Assembly (NCBI GenBank): GCA_012295275.1
Contig: CM022671.1
Span: forward strand, 30,814,001 to 30,878,000
Length of the DNA: 64,000 bases
Direction: 5' to 3'
Origin: Chrysomallon squamiferum
Taxonomy: Eukaryota > Animalia > Mollusca
The notes under the pieces are model-generated. The model ran no database searches. It had not been told where the DNA came from and saw nothing but the letters and a program-made list of their open reading frames with translations. This document shows positions 14,440 to 28,219 of the stretch, one piece after another (within the stretch, counting starts at the first letter, position 1; each line of letters opens with the position of its first letter). Position numbers and translations under genes: made by a program.

Positions 14440-15183
14440 CATAAAAACATTAAGGAAAAAAAAAAATAATAATAATACAACTATATTTGTTTTTGTGTTG
14501 TTCTGTTATTTGAATTTGTTGTACATTATTTCTTATTGTTATTGTTGTTGTTGTTGTTATTACTCTTTGATTTCTGTACGTGACTACTAAACAGGTTTAA
14601 ATTCTTTGGTTTCTCTAAATTCTCAATTTTCTTCGTTTTCTGGTTTAGTTCATTCCTTATTACATTATTTCTATCTCTTTTTCATCGCTTTCTCCTTCTT
14701 TCTTTCTTTCTTTCTTTTTTTTTTTTAAATTTTATCCCTTCAATCTATTTCTTTCGCCATCTCTTCCTGCCTCCTTCCCTCCTTTCTTTCATCTTCATGT
14801 TCCATCTTTCCTTTCTTCCTTGCTTTTTTTTTTTTTTTTTTTTTCCTTTAGTCTTATTTGACCTCAATTATTTTCTTCTCATGGTCGACATATCAAACGG
14901 GCCAATCCTCTGTTACGTATACCAGGAATCTTACCACCATCACTCAGCCAGAAATAAGACTGGAACAGAACAGGAGACCTCTGAATGTGATCAATAGAAG
15001 AAATTGCATTTCCCTGTTGTCAGAGCCGCCGATCAATGCTCAATTATTTTATGGCGAGAATCTTAATGCAAAAGGAAATGCAATGGCTGGTGGTGGCCGA
15101 TTACGTTTCAATTTGCACGCATTGATGAACAGTAATCAAATGCGTGCATGAACAGCAATATTTCGAAAATCGTATCTTGGGAC

Positions 15184-15270
<87 letters not shown>

Positions 15271-15524
15271 TCGCTGGCGTTTATATTGTCTCTCTTTCTC
15301 TCATTCAGCAGATAACACGCTTACTCACTCACTCACTCGCTATTTTGCTCGTTCCAGGGCTCGGTCAGACACTCTACACAGACTTGACATGCTCGCACAG
15401 TTAGGAAAAGTCTCTTTCAGTTTTAAGAAAATTCACAAGTAAAAATACACTGAATTTAAAAAAATTCCTTCAAAAGTTGCCGGTCAAAAAGTAGATATAC
15501 TCTGTGTGATTAAATATATTGTTT

Positions 15525-15559
<35 letters not shown>

Positions 15560-15925
15560 AATAAAATAAAAACACCAAAAAATATTTAAAAAACAAAAAA
15601 CAAAACCATATTACTTTTAAAGTAGGTCTATTTAATTAAATATAAGACGACTTTTGTCTTTACGTAGAAGATTTACATATTTCAAAGAATTTAAAACGAT
15701 ACAAAACTAAATTTAACGATATCTGGCATCACTGTCATTTCAAAAGTCGGTGGATTTGTACGTAGTTGTTTGTATAATTTTCTGTGATGTGTATACTTCA
15801 TTTGTCTTCATATACTGGATCAGCTTGATAATTACGTAAAAGATTACTTTACAAAATCAAAACTATAAATATATATATATATATATAAAAAAAATTGCCC
15901 GTTTCATTAAATAAATAAAAATAAA

Positions 15926-15985
<60 letters not shown>

Positions 15986-16535
15986 TAATAAATAATAATA
16001 AATAAATAAATAAATAAATAAAATATATAGCAAAAATAACAACAACAGCAGCAGAAACAACAACACAACACAACACAGTCTAAACAATCTGTGAAGTTGC
16101 GTGCGTAGAAATTCACGGTTGGTGCGTATTAATTATCCTATGCAAAAATAAATGTAAAAAAAAAAAAAAAATGTCAAACAATAAAAATATAAAAATAAAT
16201 GTACTTCTCTTGTAAACTAAACCCGCCTACGCACTCGTAACTCATTAATGACGTCATTTATTCAAGCTCATGCAATCGACGCCTTCCTTAATGACGTGAA
16301 AGATTAATGTCTTCTCGCTGACTTAATGCTAATTGATCTTTCACCTTGCACTCAAGGTCAGCCACTCTTTTCGACTTCTCTCTCGATGTCAAAATAATCA
16401 TCGTGTCGGCAGACGTGACAATACTTTCGTGTTTGTGACGAAACGTTCATTACGTTTTGTATCGTTTGGTCGTCAAAGTACGTTATCCTAAATCCTGCAT
16501 AACAGAATGTGTACGTGGGCTTAATTTAAAAGAAA

Positions 16536-16607
<72 letters not shown>

Positions 16608-16832
16608 AAATAAAGTTGTTTGGATTAAAGTACGCGTATCTGCATTTGTTTATAATTACGTAATTTGTTTGTTGTTGTTGGGTTTTTTCTTTTTTCTTTA
16701 CCTCTTTCTAGACTTAATAATTTTTTCCTTTCTCGATTTTTCTTTTAGCTTAATAAATGGTTATGAAATATTAAAACGCTGAAGTAAAAAAATAATCAGA
16801 CAAAAAAAAAATTATTATAAATAATGATGATG

Positions 16833-16880
<48 letters not shown>

Positions 16881-16919
16881 TAAATAAATAAATAAATAAA
16901 CAATAATTAAAAAAATAAT

Positions 16920-16952
16920 AAAACAAAGGCAGGCTGCTACAAGCAGTGCCGT
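16920..16952 (-). repeat. Orphan duplicate of the 7SK 3' hairpin plus T-tract
   Basis: Minus strand reads ACGGCACTGCTTGTAGCAGCCTGCCTTTGTTTT versus ACGGCACTGCATGTAGCAGTCTGCCATAGTTTT at the end of the adjacent 7SK gene. Confidence 0.8.
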
Positions 16953-16995
16953 ATTTATTTATTAAAACTTTAAATATTTATTATTATTATTATTA

Positions 16996-17026
<31 letters not shown>

Positions 17027-17047
17027 AAGCAAATATTAAAAAATAAC

Positions 17048-17333
17048 AAAACTATGGCAGACTGCTACATGCAGTGCCGTTTGAGAGCGCCATAAACTTT
17101 TGAGAACTCCCCAACTCCCGAATTTACACACGTTGAATTTCGAGAAGCGGAGAAGGACATTATAAACCCTACGGCTCTTCGTCCCTCACAGGACGAGGCC
17201 AATTTTGAACGAAGCTCTACCGAGCGCTCGACTCGGGAACTTCCGCGAGCGTGCACAAATGGGACAGGCTTTCTGGACAGACCAGCCGAAACACAGCGAT
17301 CAATGTTCAGATGTGTCAACCGACACGCGCTCC
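17048..17333 (-). ncRNA. RN7SK: 7SK snRNA, copy 1 (286 nt)
   Basis: Starts GGAGCGC. Contains ACATCTG..CATTGATCGC..TTCGGCTGGTCTG (5' HEXIM stem), TGTCCC, TCCCGA..GCGCTCGGT and ends GGCACTGCATGTAGCAGTCTGCC..TTTT, matching the vertebrate 7SK 3' hairpin as recalled (GGCGCTGCATGTGGCAGTCTGCC). The 5' end can pair with GCGCTCT just before the 3' hairpin (M1 closing stem). Confidence 0.92.
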
Positions 17334-17356
17334 GACAACAAAACGTCGATCACTTG

Positions 17357-17407
17357 TTTATATAGGGCTGGCTGTTACGAAATACTAATTAATGGTGTCT
17401 GCATAAT
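17357..17407 (-). promoter_or_regulatory. Type 3 Pol III promoter of 7SK copy 1 (TATA box and PSE-like element)
   Basis: TATATAAA at -31 to -24 (17364-17357) and ATTATGCAGACACCA at -74 to -60 (17407-17393), both conserved with identical spacing in copy 2. Confidence 0.75.
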
Positions 17408-17502
17408 TATAATACTTTTGTTATTATTTAAATACAACACAATGTAAATCTGTTCTTATTTTTGCATGTGGACAGAGAAAGAAACCTTTTATTTATAGAT
17501 TT

Positions 17503-17546
<44 letters not shown>

Positions 17547-17640
17547 ATTATTATTATTATTTATTTATTTGTTTTGGAATGTTCGTTTCATAGTAAAGAA
17601 AGAAATATTTCGTATATCCATATTCATATATGGAGAAAGA

Positions 17641-17708
<68 letters not shown>

Positions 17709-19530
17709 TTAAAGTAAGGGTGAGAACTTAATGAAATACAGATCACATTTTTAGGTATTCTTCAGCTTTTCTGCACCATTAGAAAGCTCTTGGAAATAAA
17801 CAAGTTCAGAAGAGCACCGTGGGAGAGGAAAGTTAATAAACTGAGATGCGGAGCCTGAAGCTGTTTTGGAAGAGATTTTGTGAACTTTGGTTATCACGAA
17901 ACGTGATTTTCTCGCGTATTCTGAAACAAAGCTAAAGCCTTTTTAATTATCATCTTAGGCTATTTTCTGCAAGTTAACAAAGGTCGGCTAATCTATGACC
18001 GAGTAAAGGCGCCTAGACTTGTTTAGTACCGTGACTCTCTTTGTCTCGGTTTCTCTGTCTCTCTCTGTCTGTGTTTGTCGTTCTTTCTCAGTCTGTCTAT
18101 CTATCTATCCATCTATCTATCTATCTATGTATCAATCTATCTATATATCTATATATCTATCTATCTAACTATCTACATCTCTGTCTGTCTATCTGTCTGG
18201 CTGTCTGTCTGTCTATACACAAAGTGTCAAAGAGAATCTCAGTTTTATTTTCATGCAGAGTATGTGAAAAAACAAATCATATTATTTTGTTAAATGAAAC
18301 CTTAACACATTTTAATATTAACATTTGTTAGCCATCGCTGTTAGCTGCCATCCATTTTATGTTCTAATTTTAACATAACCAAAAAGGAAATTCATTGCCA
18401 CCGTAATAGGGCTACTTTATTCGATCAGCAATAGGAGAATTATTACTTGGCTTTTTCGTTCTTTCATAAACAAATAGGAAATCACATCACGACATTTGAC
18501 GCTCTATGTGAGCAAAGTCTGGAACATAAAATAGTCCAATCAAAGAGCGCTATGAGAGATTCGATTTCTCGAACCACTGATCTCTCTTTCTCGAAGTCTC
18601 TTCCTTCTTAGTTAGAGAAATAAGTTAAAGAAGTCGAGTTACCGTACTTGGCTTAAACTCTCTACTTATCTCGCGATATGATTTCTACCAAGACGCGATC
18701 TTGCTTCCATCCAGTCTTAAATCTGTGAATTTGTAACAGTGCTAATTCCGGGGGCGAGTTTAGATCACTAAATAACATCAAGCTTCTTTAAATAATCTGC
18801 TCTGACAAAACCATGTGACATGTCACGGGCGAATGATGCAAATCCAAACATTTCTGTCTCAATTTGCCACACTTGTCTATGATCGTAATTGGAAAGCATT
18901 CACCGGCTAAAATCGACTAACAGAGACTGGGCAGCGGTTGACTGCTTCGTTTGTCGAGGGTAAACTGAAAAGGTTAATCAATTGATGTAGATGTAAACAA
19001 GATAACAGTGCAAAAATAGGTGTGCTCGGTCGATTAATAGTCCCTAAAGTGTTCTTGTGACAATACACGTGATTGGTCTGTTAGCAGTGACCCTTGATCG
19101 AGTTCAGCTATTAATAAACACTCCGTTTTGAAGTGGGCTAGTCAACTGTCTCTTTAGTAGTAGTAGTGTTTAATATAAAATAATACTGAATTCATGTTAG
19201 ATTGGTATTGAGTTCGAAATCTTCCTACCCTTTAACATTTTTTTTTATAAATCTGCTAACATAGTAACCACCCTAACGTGTGTGTATGTATGTATGTATG
19301 TTTGTATGTATATGTATTTATGTATGTATACACACACACGCACACATGCACACACGCACACACACACATACAGACACTATCGATTCCTTTATTCTTTTTC
19401 TTTTACAAATTTATTTTACGACAGGAAATTTTAACTGGGAAAATTAAAATTTACCACATGAAAAAAAGCTTATTAGATAATCTGTGTGTGGTAACCTAGC
19501 GTCTAAACAGTTTATTCAGCTTTGTACTGA

Positions 19531-19752
19531 TGTGATATGAACTGTCTCTGTTGTGATTTGATATGAACTGTCTCTGTTGTGATTTGATATGAACTGTCTC
19601 TGTTGTGATTTGATATAAACTGTCTCTGTTGTGATTTGATATGAACTGTCTCTGTTGTGATTTGATATGAACTGTCTCTGTTGTGATTTGATACGAAATG
19701 TCTCTGTTGTGATTTGATACGAACTGTCTCTGTTGTGATTTGATACGAACTG
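19531..19752. repeat. Minisatellite, 26-bp unit GTGATTTGATATGAACTGTCTCTGTT, about 8.5 copies
   Basis: Head-to-tail units with few substitutions and no spacers. Confidence 0.95.
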
Positions 19753-20174
19753 AATTCAGATACGAAAACCTTTCTTGTTTTTCGTTTCTGTCTTTAATTT
19801 TTAATATATATATATATAGATATATTTTTTTTTAATGTAGACTATTAAATTTTCGTTTCCTTCTTGTATAATATATATATATATTGTTTTATTTCAACAT
19901 TCTGTGATTCATATTTTGATGAAAACAAATATGAATGAATAGAACTATAGCGAGTTTTATTTAAATTTTAAATCTCTCTTCGAAACTGTAGCGTTTTGAC
20001 GGTCATGAAAAATGTTAGATTGAGAAGTTTTTTCTTCAGAGAGAGAAACAGACAGACACACTCGTAATGAGTAATACAGAAAGAGAGAGTGTAAGCGAGA
20101 GAAAGTATGAGAGAGAAATATAAATAGAAAGATAGACGAAGGAAAAGAATAAAGGAAAATGCTGAGTGAGAGAA

Positions 20175-20284
<110 letters not shown>

Positions 20285-20937
20285 AAATAGATCCTATAAT
20301 ACTGTTATTAACTAAAGTCGTTAACTTTTCTACTGAAAACTGCAACATTGCTCTTTTGTTATTAAGGTCATCTTTCTTTTTTCTCAACTTAATTAAACTA
20401 AAAAAGAATCTTCAAGCGTCTAAAAGCGTTTTTTTTTCCTTCCTCTTCATCCTCTGGTTTTATACCACGTTATTAGCCCATCATGTCCTAACTGAAGATC
20501 TAATTTATTTACGTATACTCCTTTAAAGTTAATATTAAGTAAACATAATTACTGGCTCGTATAAAGAACGTTTTTATCCACAAGATATTTAAGAAAAAGA
20601 AAAAACACCAAAAATTTCTGATGCGACTAATAAAACTGAGATTACTGCATTTTCGATCCTTGGTGAAAGCATATGATGCATACTTTACACCCTTCTATTT
20701 ATATATTCGTTGATATAACATAGTACGTACATAGTAAATACTTATATACATAAATACGTAGTTTTACATACATACTCATATATATACATACATATATACA
20801 TATATTAATATGGGACAAACATACATACATACATACATTAATTCATACACAAACATACATATATACATACATACATACATTCATACATATATACATACAT
20901 AAATGCACACGTACATACACATATATATATATACATA

Positions 20938-21352
20938 TATACATACATACATTAATACATACACAAACATACATATATACATTAATACACACACAAACAT
21001 ACATATATACATTAATACATACACAAACATACATACATACATTAATACACACACAAACATACATATATACATTAATACATACACAAACATACATAAACAT
21101 ACATATATACATTAATACATACACAAACATACATATATACATTAATACACTCACAAACATACATATATACATTAATACATACACAAACATACATATACAC
21201 ATTAATACACACACAAACATACATATATACATTAATACATACACAAACATACATATATACATTAATACATACACAAACATACATACATACATACATACAT
21301 TAATACATACACAAACATACATATATACATTAATACATACACAAACATACAA
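20938..21352. repeat. Minisatellite, 30-bp unit ACATACATATATACATTAATACATACACAA
   Basis: Directly visible tandem array derived from AC/AT microsatellite. Confidence 0.9.
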
Positions 21353-21480
21353 ACATATATATCCTCCTGCGCCAGTGCGTTCCCGAATATTGACTATGTG
21401 CAGAGTCTAATCAGACGTACAGAGAATATTCAAATCCTAAACCACATATATGCGTACATATATATGTACATGTATATACG

Positions 21481-21530
<50 letters not shown>

Positions 21531-22800
21531 CACACAGACACACACATATACACACACACACATATATACATACACACATAATACCAGAATTATTTATATT
21601 ACTGATTTTACATATTATTTTGTGTGTTCGAAATTTACCAATGGAAAAAGAAACGATTTAACAAACTTTAATTCTCATGTTATTTAAGAAATCTCTGAGA
21701 ATACTTTGAATTCATTAAATAACTATATAAATGAATTTATTAATAGAGAAATTGTGTATTAATGTGATTTTTATTACTCTACTAAACTTCTTAACCACGT
21801 AGAATACATTTCCAAAGTTCAAAGTGTCTATATACATTACATCAGTTTTTAGGTTATTTTCTTGTTCTTCTTTTCTCTTTTTTTTTAATTTTTAATTATT
21901 ATTATTATTTTTAATTTTATTATTATTATTTTTTTTTTTTTTTGAGAAATGATTTATTAGACGATAAAGAAGCAACATAATTCTGTGAGCTTTACCCATG
22001 ACGAAAGATGATTTTCTCGCGTATTCTAAAACAAAGTCTTCGCCTTTTTAATTATCATCTTAGGCTAATCTACGACCGTGTAAAAACAAAAAGTCTGGTT
22101 TATTTGTTCTGCACGGCTTGTAAAGATGTTTATCCATACAAACAAACAAATAGCAAGCAATACAATGAAATAAAACAAAACAAGACAAAACAAAATAAAA
22201 TAAAATAAAATAAAATAAAAAATAAAACAAAATAAAACAAAACAAAACAAAATAAAGTAAAATGAATGAATGAATAAATGAAGGAATAATAAAATAAAAT
22301 TAATAAATAAATAATAAGATAAACAAACAAACAAATAAACAAATAAATAATTAAACAAATAAAAAGAATAAATTAACTGAGAAGCGAGGCCAAACTGTTA
22401 TTCATGAATAAGTCTGCTACTCCTACTACTGCTACTACAATTACAACAACAACAGCAGCAGCTACTACAACTATTACTACTATTACCACGCCACTGCAAC
22501 ATCTGCAACCACTACTATTATTACTTCTCCTATTACTACTATTACTTCTGACACTATTGTTGCTAATAACAACAATTATAGTAATAGCAATGATGATAAT
22601 ATCATTATTAATCAATAAAATAAATTAATTAATTTTTTGAAAATGCTTTTAAAATGGTTCATTACCACAGATATAGTAATGAAAATAAAAACAGCTGAAT
22701 TAAGAGTTAACAAAAATATCTTTTTCACACACAGTTTTTCTCTGTCCCTCATTCTCTCTCTGTTTTTTTTTTTTGTCTCTATAATATAGTGTGTGAGTGC

Positions 22801-22841
<41 letters not shown>

Positions 22842-23018
22842 GGGTTATTATATTCTCTGCGTGTCGGTGCGTACTTATTACGCAACTGCGTAAAATGAAA
22901 TACACGAGAAAGCTTCATTAAATAATGCTTTATGACTGAATACTGCGTCACAAGAAATATAATTCTCACAAATAATTCTCTGTCTATTGGCTACCGCGAG
23001 AGTCTTGTTTAAGTATGT

Positions 23019-24511
23019 TTAGGGTGTGGTGGCTGGTAGGGGCTGGGGATAAACCGATTCACTCGTAATCTCGTCCACCTCCTTACCCGAATGTGGTAAC
23101 TTGTCCAAGTCCTCTGTTCCGTAGTCCCTCTTGTCCGCGAATGCCAGCAGTAAATTGTATGTGTCACTATACTGAATCTCCCGATATAACCAGATCATCA
23201 TCCAGAACATGGCCAGATACAGAAAGGCTTCGACCATGTAAGCCAGACCGGGAAAAAAGAACACAGTTGCGCCGTAGATGTTTGTGAAGATGACGGAGCC
23301 GAGAAGCTTCGACGCCGTCTCTCCGCTCGCTAGTAGAGAAAACGTTTTTCCCATCTCGTCCTCCTGCACGTGTTTGCTCATGAGCGACCGAATCACAGAC
23401 GATATCATCCCCGCCATTGACCCAATGACGACGCTGACGTACACCATCCACGTCTCCGTGCAAAATCCGGCCCACACCGACCTCACCAGCTTGCAGAAGA
23501 TGCCTATCATGAGGATGGTGACGTCGGGAATTTTGAACACGTTTGACATGAGAGGGAGAAACAGAAGTAGACAGCCGCCCATGACGGCGTAGTCGGTCGA
23601 CAGCAAGTAGCCGTACCACGACTCCGGCCAGAAGAGCGGACTTCGCTGAACAAACAGGACGGTGACGTCGGAGTCGCCCACCTTACACGTCTGATTGACG
23701 ATGGAAGAGATGAACAACATGATGAGAATCATTCTGGAATTGTCTTTGCGGTTCTTGCACAGCACCGCCAGAGACTGCTTAAGTCCCGAGAAGCTGAAAA
23801 GCGAGCAGGTCGCGTCTCTTTCTTTGCTCGACGTCTGCTCGGGGATGCTCTCCGGCATGCAGAACACGACGGCCAAGACGGACAGCGCGTGGAAAGTGGA
23901 GACCGCACAGAGGGTCACTTCGAGGTTCGCGACGTCTTGCAACGTCCCGGAAAGAAGCGAGCCGACGAAAAGTCCGAGAAAGTTCATCGCCAGCAGCCGG
24001 CCGAGTTTCTGCGTCCTCTGGTCCGAGTCGGTGATGTCCGAGGCGTAGCTGTTGACCGCCATCGTGATGACCGCGCTCTTGCCGAAGATCCCTTGAATGG
24101 ACGCTCCGACCAGGATGAGCGGCAGAGCGTCCTGCTGGAACTGGCGACTGATGAGGTACACGATCACAGCCAGCACGCTGCCGATCCCCGGAACCATCAT
24201 CGGGAATTTCCGTCCGTTCTTGTCGCTCCAGGCGCCGCAGAGGAGTCCCAGCAAGACGGCGGGAATGCTGACGAGAATTCTGTAGTACATGAGATACCTG
24301 GCGGCGTTGCTCTGGACGTCGTCCTGCACGCTGTAGAACTTCCACGTCGTGTTGCACGTCGACGTGTTGTTGGTGAACATGTCGCGGCAAACGGCCTGCA
24401 CGAGGTACGGTCGTATTGTCGCGTCCAGCATGGATTCCCCGTCTTGTACAGAAACAGAACAATCTCCGCCATGTTGTTCACAACGGGCCGCAGAGTGTTA
24501 GTCAAATGCAT
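23019..24511 (-). CDS. SLC46 family (proton-coupled folate transporter/SLC46A3-like) MFS transporter, intronless CDS, apparent 1-bp frameshift at 24437-24440
   Basis: 470-aa ORF with many hydrophobic segments, MFS motif GAWSDKNGRK, SYASDIT, IRSLMSKHVQEDEMGKTFS and a Cys/N-glycan first loop (VCRDMFTNNTSTCN). The N-terminus MHLTNTLRPVVNNMAEIVLFLYKTG (ATG 24511; resembles the SLC46 TM1 'E..lFLY') joins if one G is added to the G4 run. Confidence 0.88.
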
Positions 24512-25880
24512 TTTCTATTTCTGTACTGAAATCACACAGTCACAAAAAATAAATAAATAATAATAATAATAATAATGATAAAAAATAAAAGTTTTTACTT
24601 TCTTTCTTCAAGTATTTCCAGTTCACCTCACAGCCTACTATTGTCCGTCACTATAAAAATATACGCCACGAGATTTCCATTCATTCTTATTTCACGGTAT
24701 GTCTCCTTCGAACACAAATAACATCTAAAACCGGTTAGCCTGTCGAAATAATAGTGTAGAAATGTTTTCAGGTCTTTTCCCATCTACGACAAACAGTTAA
24801 CAGCCTTAGGTATTGTCTTTCCAAGTCAGTGCTATCTGCTCTCGTCAGATCCGTGCATTCTATTGGCCATTCCGCTAGAGAACCGTCGACTGAATATATT
24901 TTTTTTTTCTCGTTCGCTGTTGACGTTATCTTTGCTTCTGCTGAATCACAGCGGTGCCAGCGAGCCAGCCAATGAGATCTTAAGATACCTTTGTATGACA
25001 TAGGTTATCGACCCTCCCACATTACGACCACATCCTAACTTGGTATCATAGAGGCATGGGATGTTATCGCGTGTACTTTTGACAGTTTTTGTTAGTAATG
25101 TTAATAATATTACTTTTTCCTTTTTAAAAAGAAATATTATTACAGATAGCAAAGTGTATAATATTGTACATTTTACTTGGCACACCTCGCGTGGTATGTC
25201 TATTGGTCAATGTACATACATGGTTTGTTAATGCAGAAAAAATAGTTTAATTACGTATTGTTTTTCATTTTTCTCTGTTAACTCGTAATAATCAATACTG
25301 AAAAAAAATCCTTCTTTGTTCATTTCAGCCATATGTTCACACATAGAAAAGCTATTCGTAGATAGGCAGTTGTGTATGTGTGTTCGTATTTATTATATAT
25401 TGTTCTCTTCTGTATATATATATACATATTTCTGCTATTGTTGTTTTAGTAATTGTTTCATACATCGGAATGAATTAGTTCGTATAGGTCTAAGTAATCA
25501 GTGTCAGGTATTAATTTTACCAATTTGAAGAATCAATCAGGCGAACTATTTCACCAAAAGAACCATACCATATGTCGATGACTAGTCGCCAACAATCCTT
25601 TCATGATTGATACTATTGTTTTCACTTTACTGAGATATGGAAGCAACAACAATTCTAAGTTTATTTCAAACCAGATCACTACAGGACGAACTGCACCAGT
25701 TTAGAAAAGTAACATATAGTAAATTTACTAATCACTAAACATTTATACCAAAATATTTATTTTTGGTTTTCTGGTCAGTCCCTAGATTGTATTTCTTATT
25801 TACAGTTCGACCGCTTTGTTACAAATTTTATAATAATAATAATACGGGTAATAGTAATAATAATAATAATAATAATAGTA

Positions 25881-25928
<48 letters not shown>

Positions 25929-27194
25929 TAATTAATTAGTGGCTGATCTTCACTCCTTGAGTTGTATGTAATAGTTTATTAGTTTTTAATAATGCTATTT
26001 TCAAGTCATTTTGTATTCTGTGTACCGGGTATTAGGCTTAAACACGTTTATTATTTTCAACAAAAAAGGTAGCTGAAATTAACTATTCCCTCTTTTATTA
26101 TGGTTTCAGTTAACGTGTTTTACGTTTGTGAAGTCCATTTACACGCATCGCCAAATTGTCAGTATTTTATACGTTGAAGTTTGGCTATTTGTGTCTCATA
26201 GTGTCTCTGTTCTACACGTATCTGTCTCGTTGTCTCTGTACTCAGTGTGTATCTCAGCTGTATTTTGGCAACTACGGGTGTCTCTCTATATTATACATGC
26301 ACGCGTACATACACTTGTCCCTGATGTCTCTGAGTATCTTTAACTATTTAGATACGTTTTCGTTATTTTCAATAAATTTGTTTTTCTCTGAACTGATTTC
26401 AGATATTACGAATCGTTTATATTTCAAGTTTCCTTTAATGACACTTTTTTTATGTATTTCATGCCAAGTCGACCGTGATAATTGATAATTACAGATTATT
26501 AGAAATTAATTAATTGAATGAAAACCAAAAATAAATCAGATAATACTGCATAAAACTGATGGTTTGATCAAGTCACGTAGATTTTTGCAATTACTGTGTT
26601 TCAGATTTTATGATGATTATTTTTAAATTGATATCAATTCATTTAATATTTTCCAAATCACAATAAACAAACAGAAAACAAATCGAACTAAAAACAGTTT
26701 CAAACAGACAGCGAAATGGCACAATTTCATAATATCTTCATTATTTGCAACAAAACGTTGTCAATAGAAATTTATAAAAACATCTCATTGCCAGCTGTGG
26801 TTCTATCAGTTTAGCTTCAAAAGAAACAAACATAGTTTTAATAATTAGGTGAAAAACACAACACTTTATTTGTGAAAACAATGTTTGTATATACAGTTAT
26901 ATATGTCGCTAATATTATATTTCATTTACTGTTTAGTTTCGCGCATAATATGCTTTTATCTAGCTGTTTCGGACGATTGATTCTTCAAAAGTTATACAAT
27001 TCGTATTGTAGTCTAAACTATAAAAATCATAATCTCTGCATGGTATCCCAGAAATTCCACATCCAGATCTCAACACGACATTATCGTGATAACGTAAGTT
27101 AGGTTTGTATTCTGCGTCTCGCAGCTTTTCACATTTTTTAGTTTCTTTTTTCGAAAGGAGATTGGTGTTCTGATGGTTAGTTCACATCTGGTTC

Positions 27195-27229
<35 letters not shown>

Positions 27230-27334
27230 ACTTGATATATTGTTCATTTTGATACTGTTAGAAATTCTACTGTTACGTCTTCAGCCTCCTCCTTCTTTTT
27301 CTCCTTATTGTTCTTCGTATTATTATTATTATTA

Positions 27335-27398
<64 letters not shown>

Positions 27399-27588
27399 GT
27401 ATTATAAATGACGATATTTAACTGACCACGAACTACTCTAGCCCAGATATCTGTTTATGTGTATATTTTTATTTTGTTTTATGTGTGTATTCTAATGAAG
27501 AGGCTGTATATTTATTTATTTATTTGTTTATTTATTTATTGGAACATTTGTCTACCACACTCAGTATTTTTTAGCCAGAAAGCTGAAC

Positions 27589-27729
27589 ATGAAGCTACTG
27601 TTCCTCGTGGTGGTGTTAACTGTAGCTGTTGTTTTCACTAACGCTAAGGAAGACGATAGCGAAAGCTCCCTGACAGAGAAAGAGCTGGCCCGTGCAGTTA
27701 GTGATGGCAAAGTCAGTGAAATGCAGTGA
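27589..27729 (+). CDS. Candidate small secreted acidic peptide (46 aa as assembled; about 69-70 aa ending at 27799 if a frameshift near 27720 is an error)
   Basis: MKLLFLVVVLTVAVVFTNA-KEDDSESSLTEKELARAVSDGKVSEMQ has a classic signal peptide. Upstream are TATAAAAA (27019), donor GTAAGT (27094) and acceptor TTTTTTAG/CCAG (27574/27578). Confidence 0.55.
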   Translation: MKLLFLVVVLTVAVVFTNAKEDDSESSLTEKELARAVSDGKVSEMQ

Positions 27730-28176
27730 AGAGAATGGTGACGAAGATGAAGTAACAAATGAAATTCTAGACAGGGAAACGCGTTCAGAAGCTCACTAAA
27801 GACATGGACTCCATAAATAGTAAAATTGTACTACTTCGTTCACATGAAAGTAGTTTTAAAAATATAATAGGTTTATTGTATGTAAGTATATGTATGCATG
27901 TAGATATGTATTAATGTATGTATGTATGTATTTTTTTCTATATGTATATATGCATGTGCATGTGTCTGTATGTGTGTACTTATGAATGTGTTATGTATAT
28001 ATATGTAGATATGTATGTGTGTGTGTCTGCATGCATATATTCGATTAATTTAAGTATGAAAACTTTCGTTGTATGAAAATTAGTATTTCTAGAAAACATA
28101 TGAAACAGCGATACTTTTATTTACACTCTTGATGAAAATAAATAAATAAATAAATAATATAAATAAATAAATAATA

Positions 28177-28219
<43 letters not shown>

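Noticed and set aside
17065-17447. 80-84 aa ORFs duplicated at 42561-42943
   Set aside because: They overlap the 7SK genes; conservation follows the RNA boundaries and promoter, not a reading frame.
19531-19752. CRISPR-like regular repeats
   Set aside because: No unique spacers, eukaryotic context, no cas genes: a minisatellite.
23093-24560. Overlapping alternative-frame and antisense ORFs over SLC46 (and over GT31 at 2235-2942)
   Set aside because: Shadows of GC-rich codon usage; only 24511-24440 of the 24197-24511 ORF is used, as the true N-terminus.
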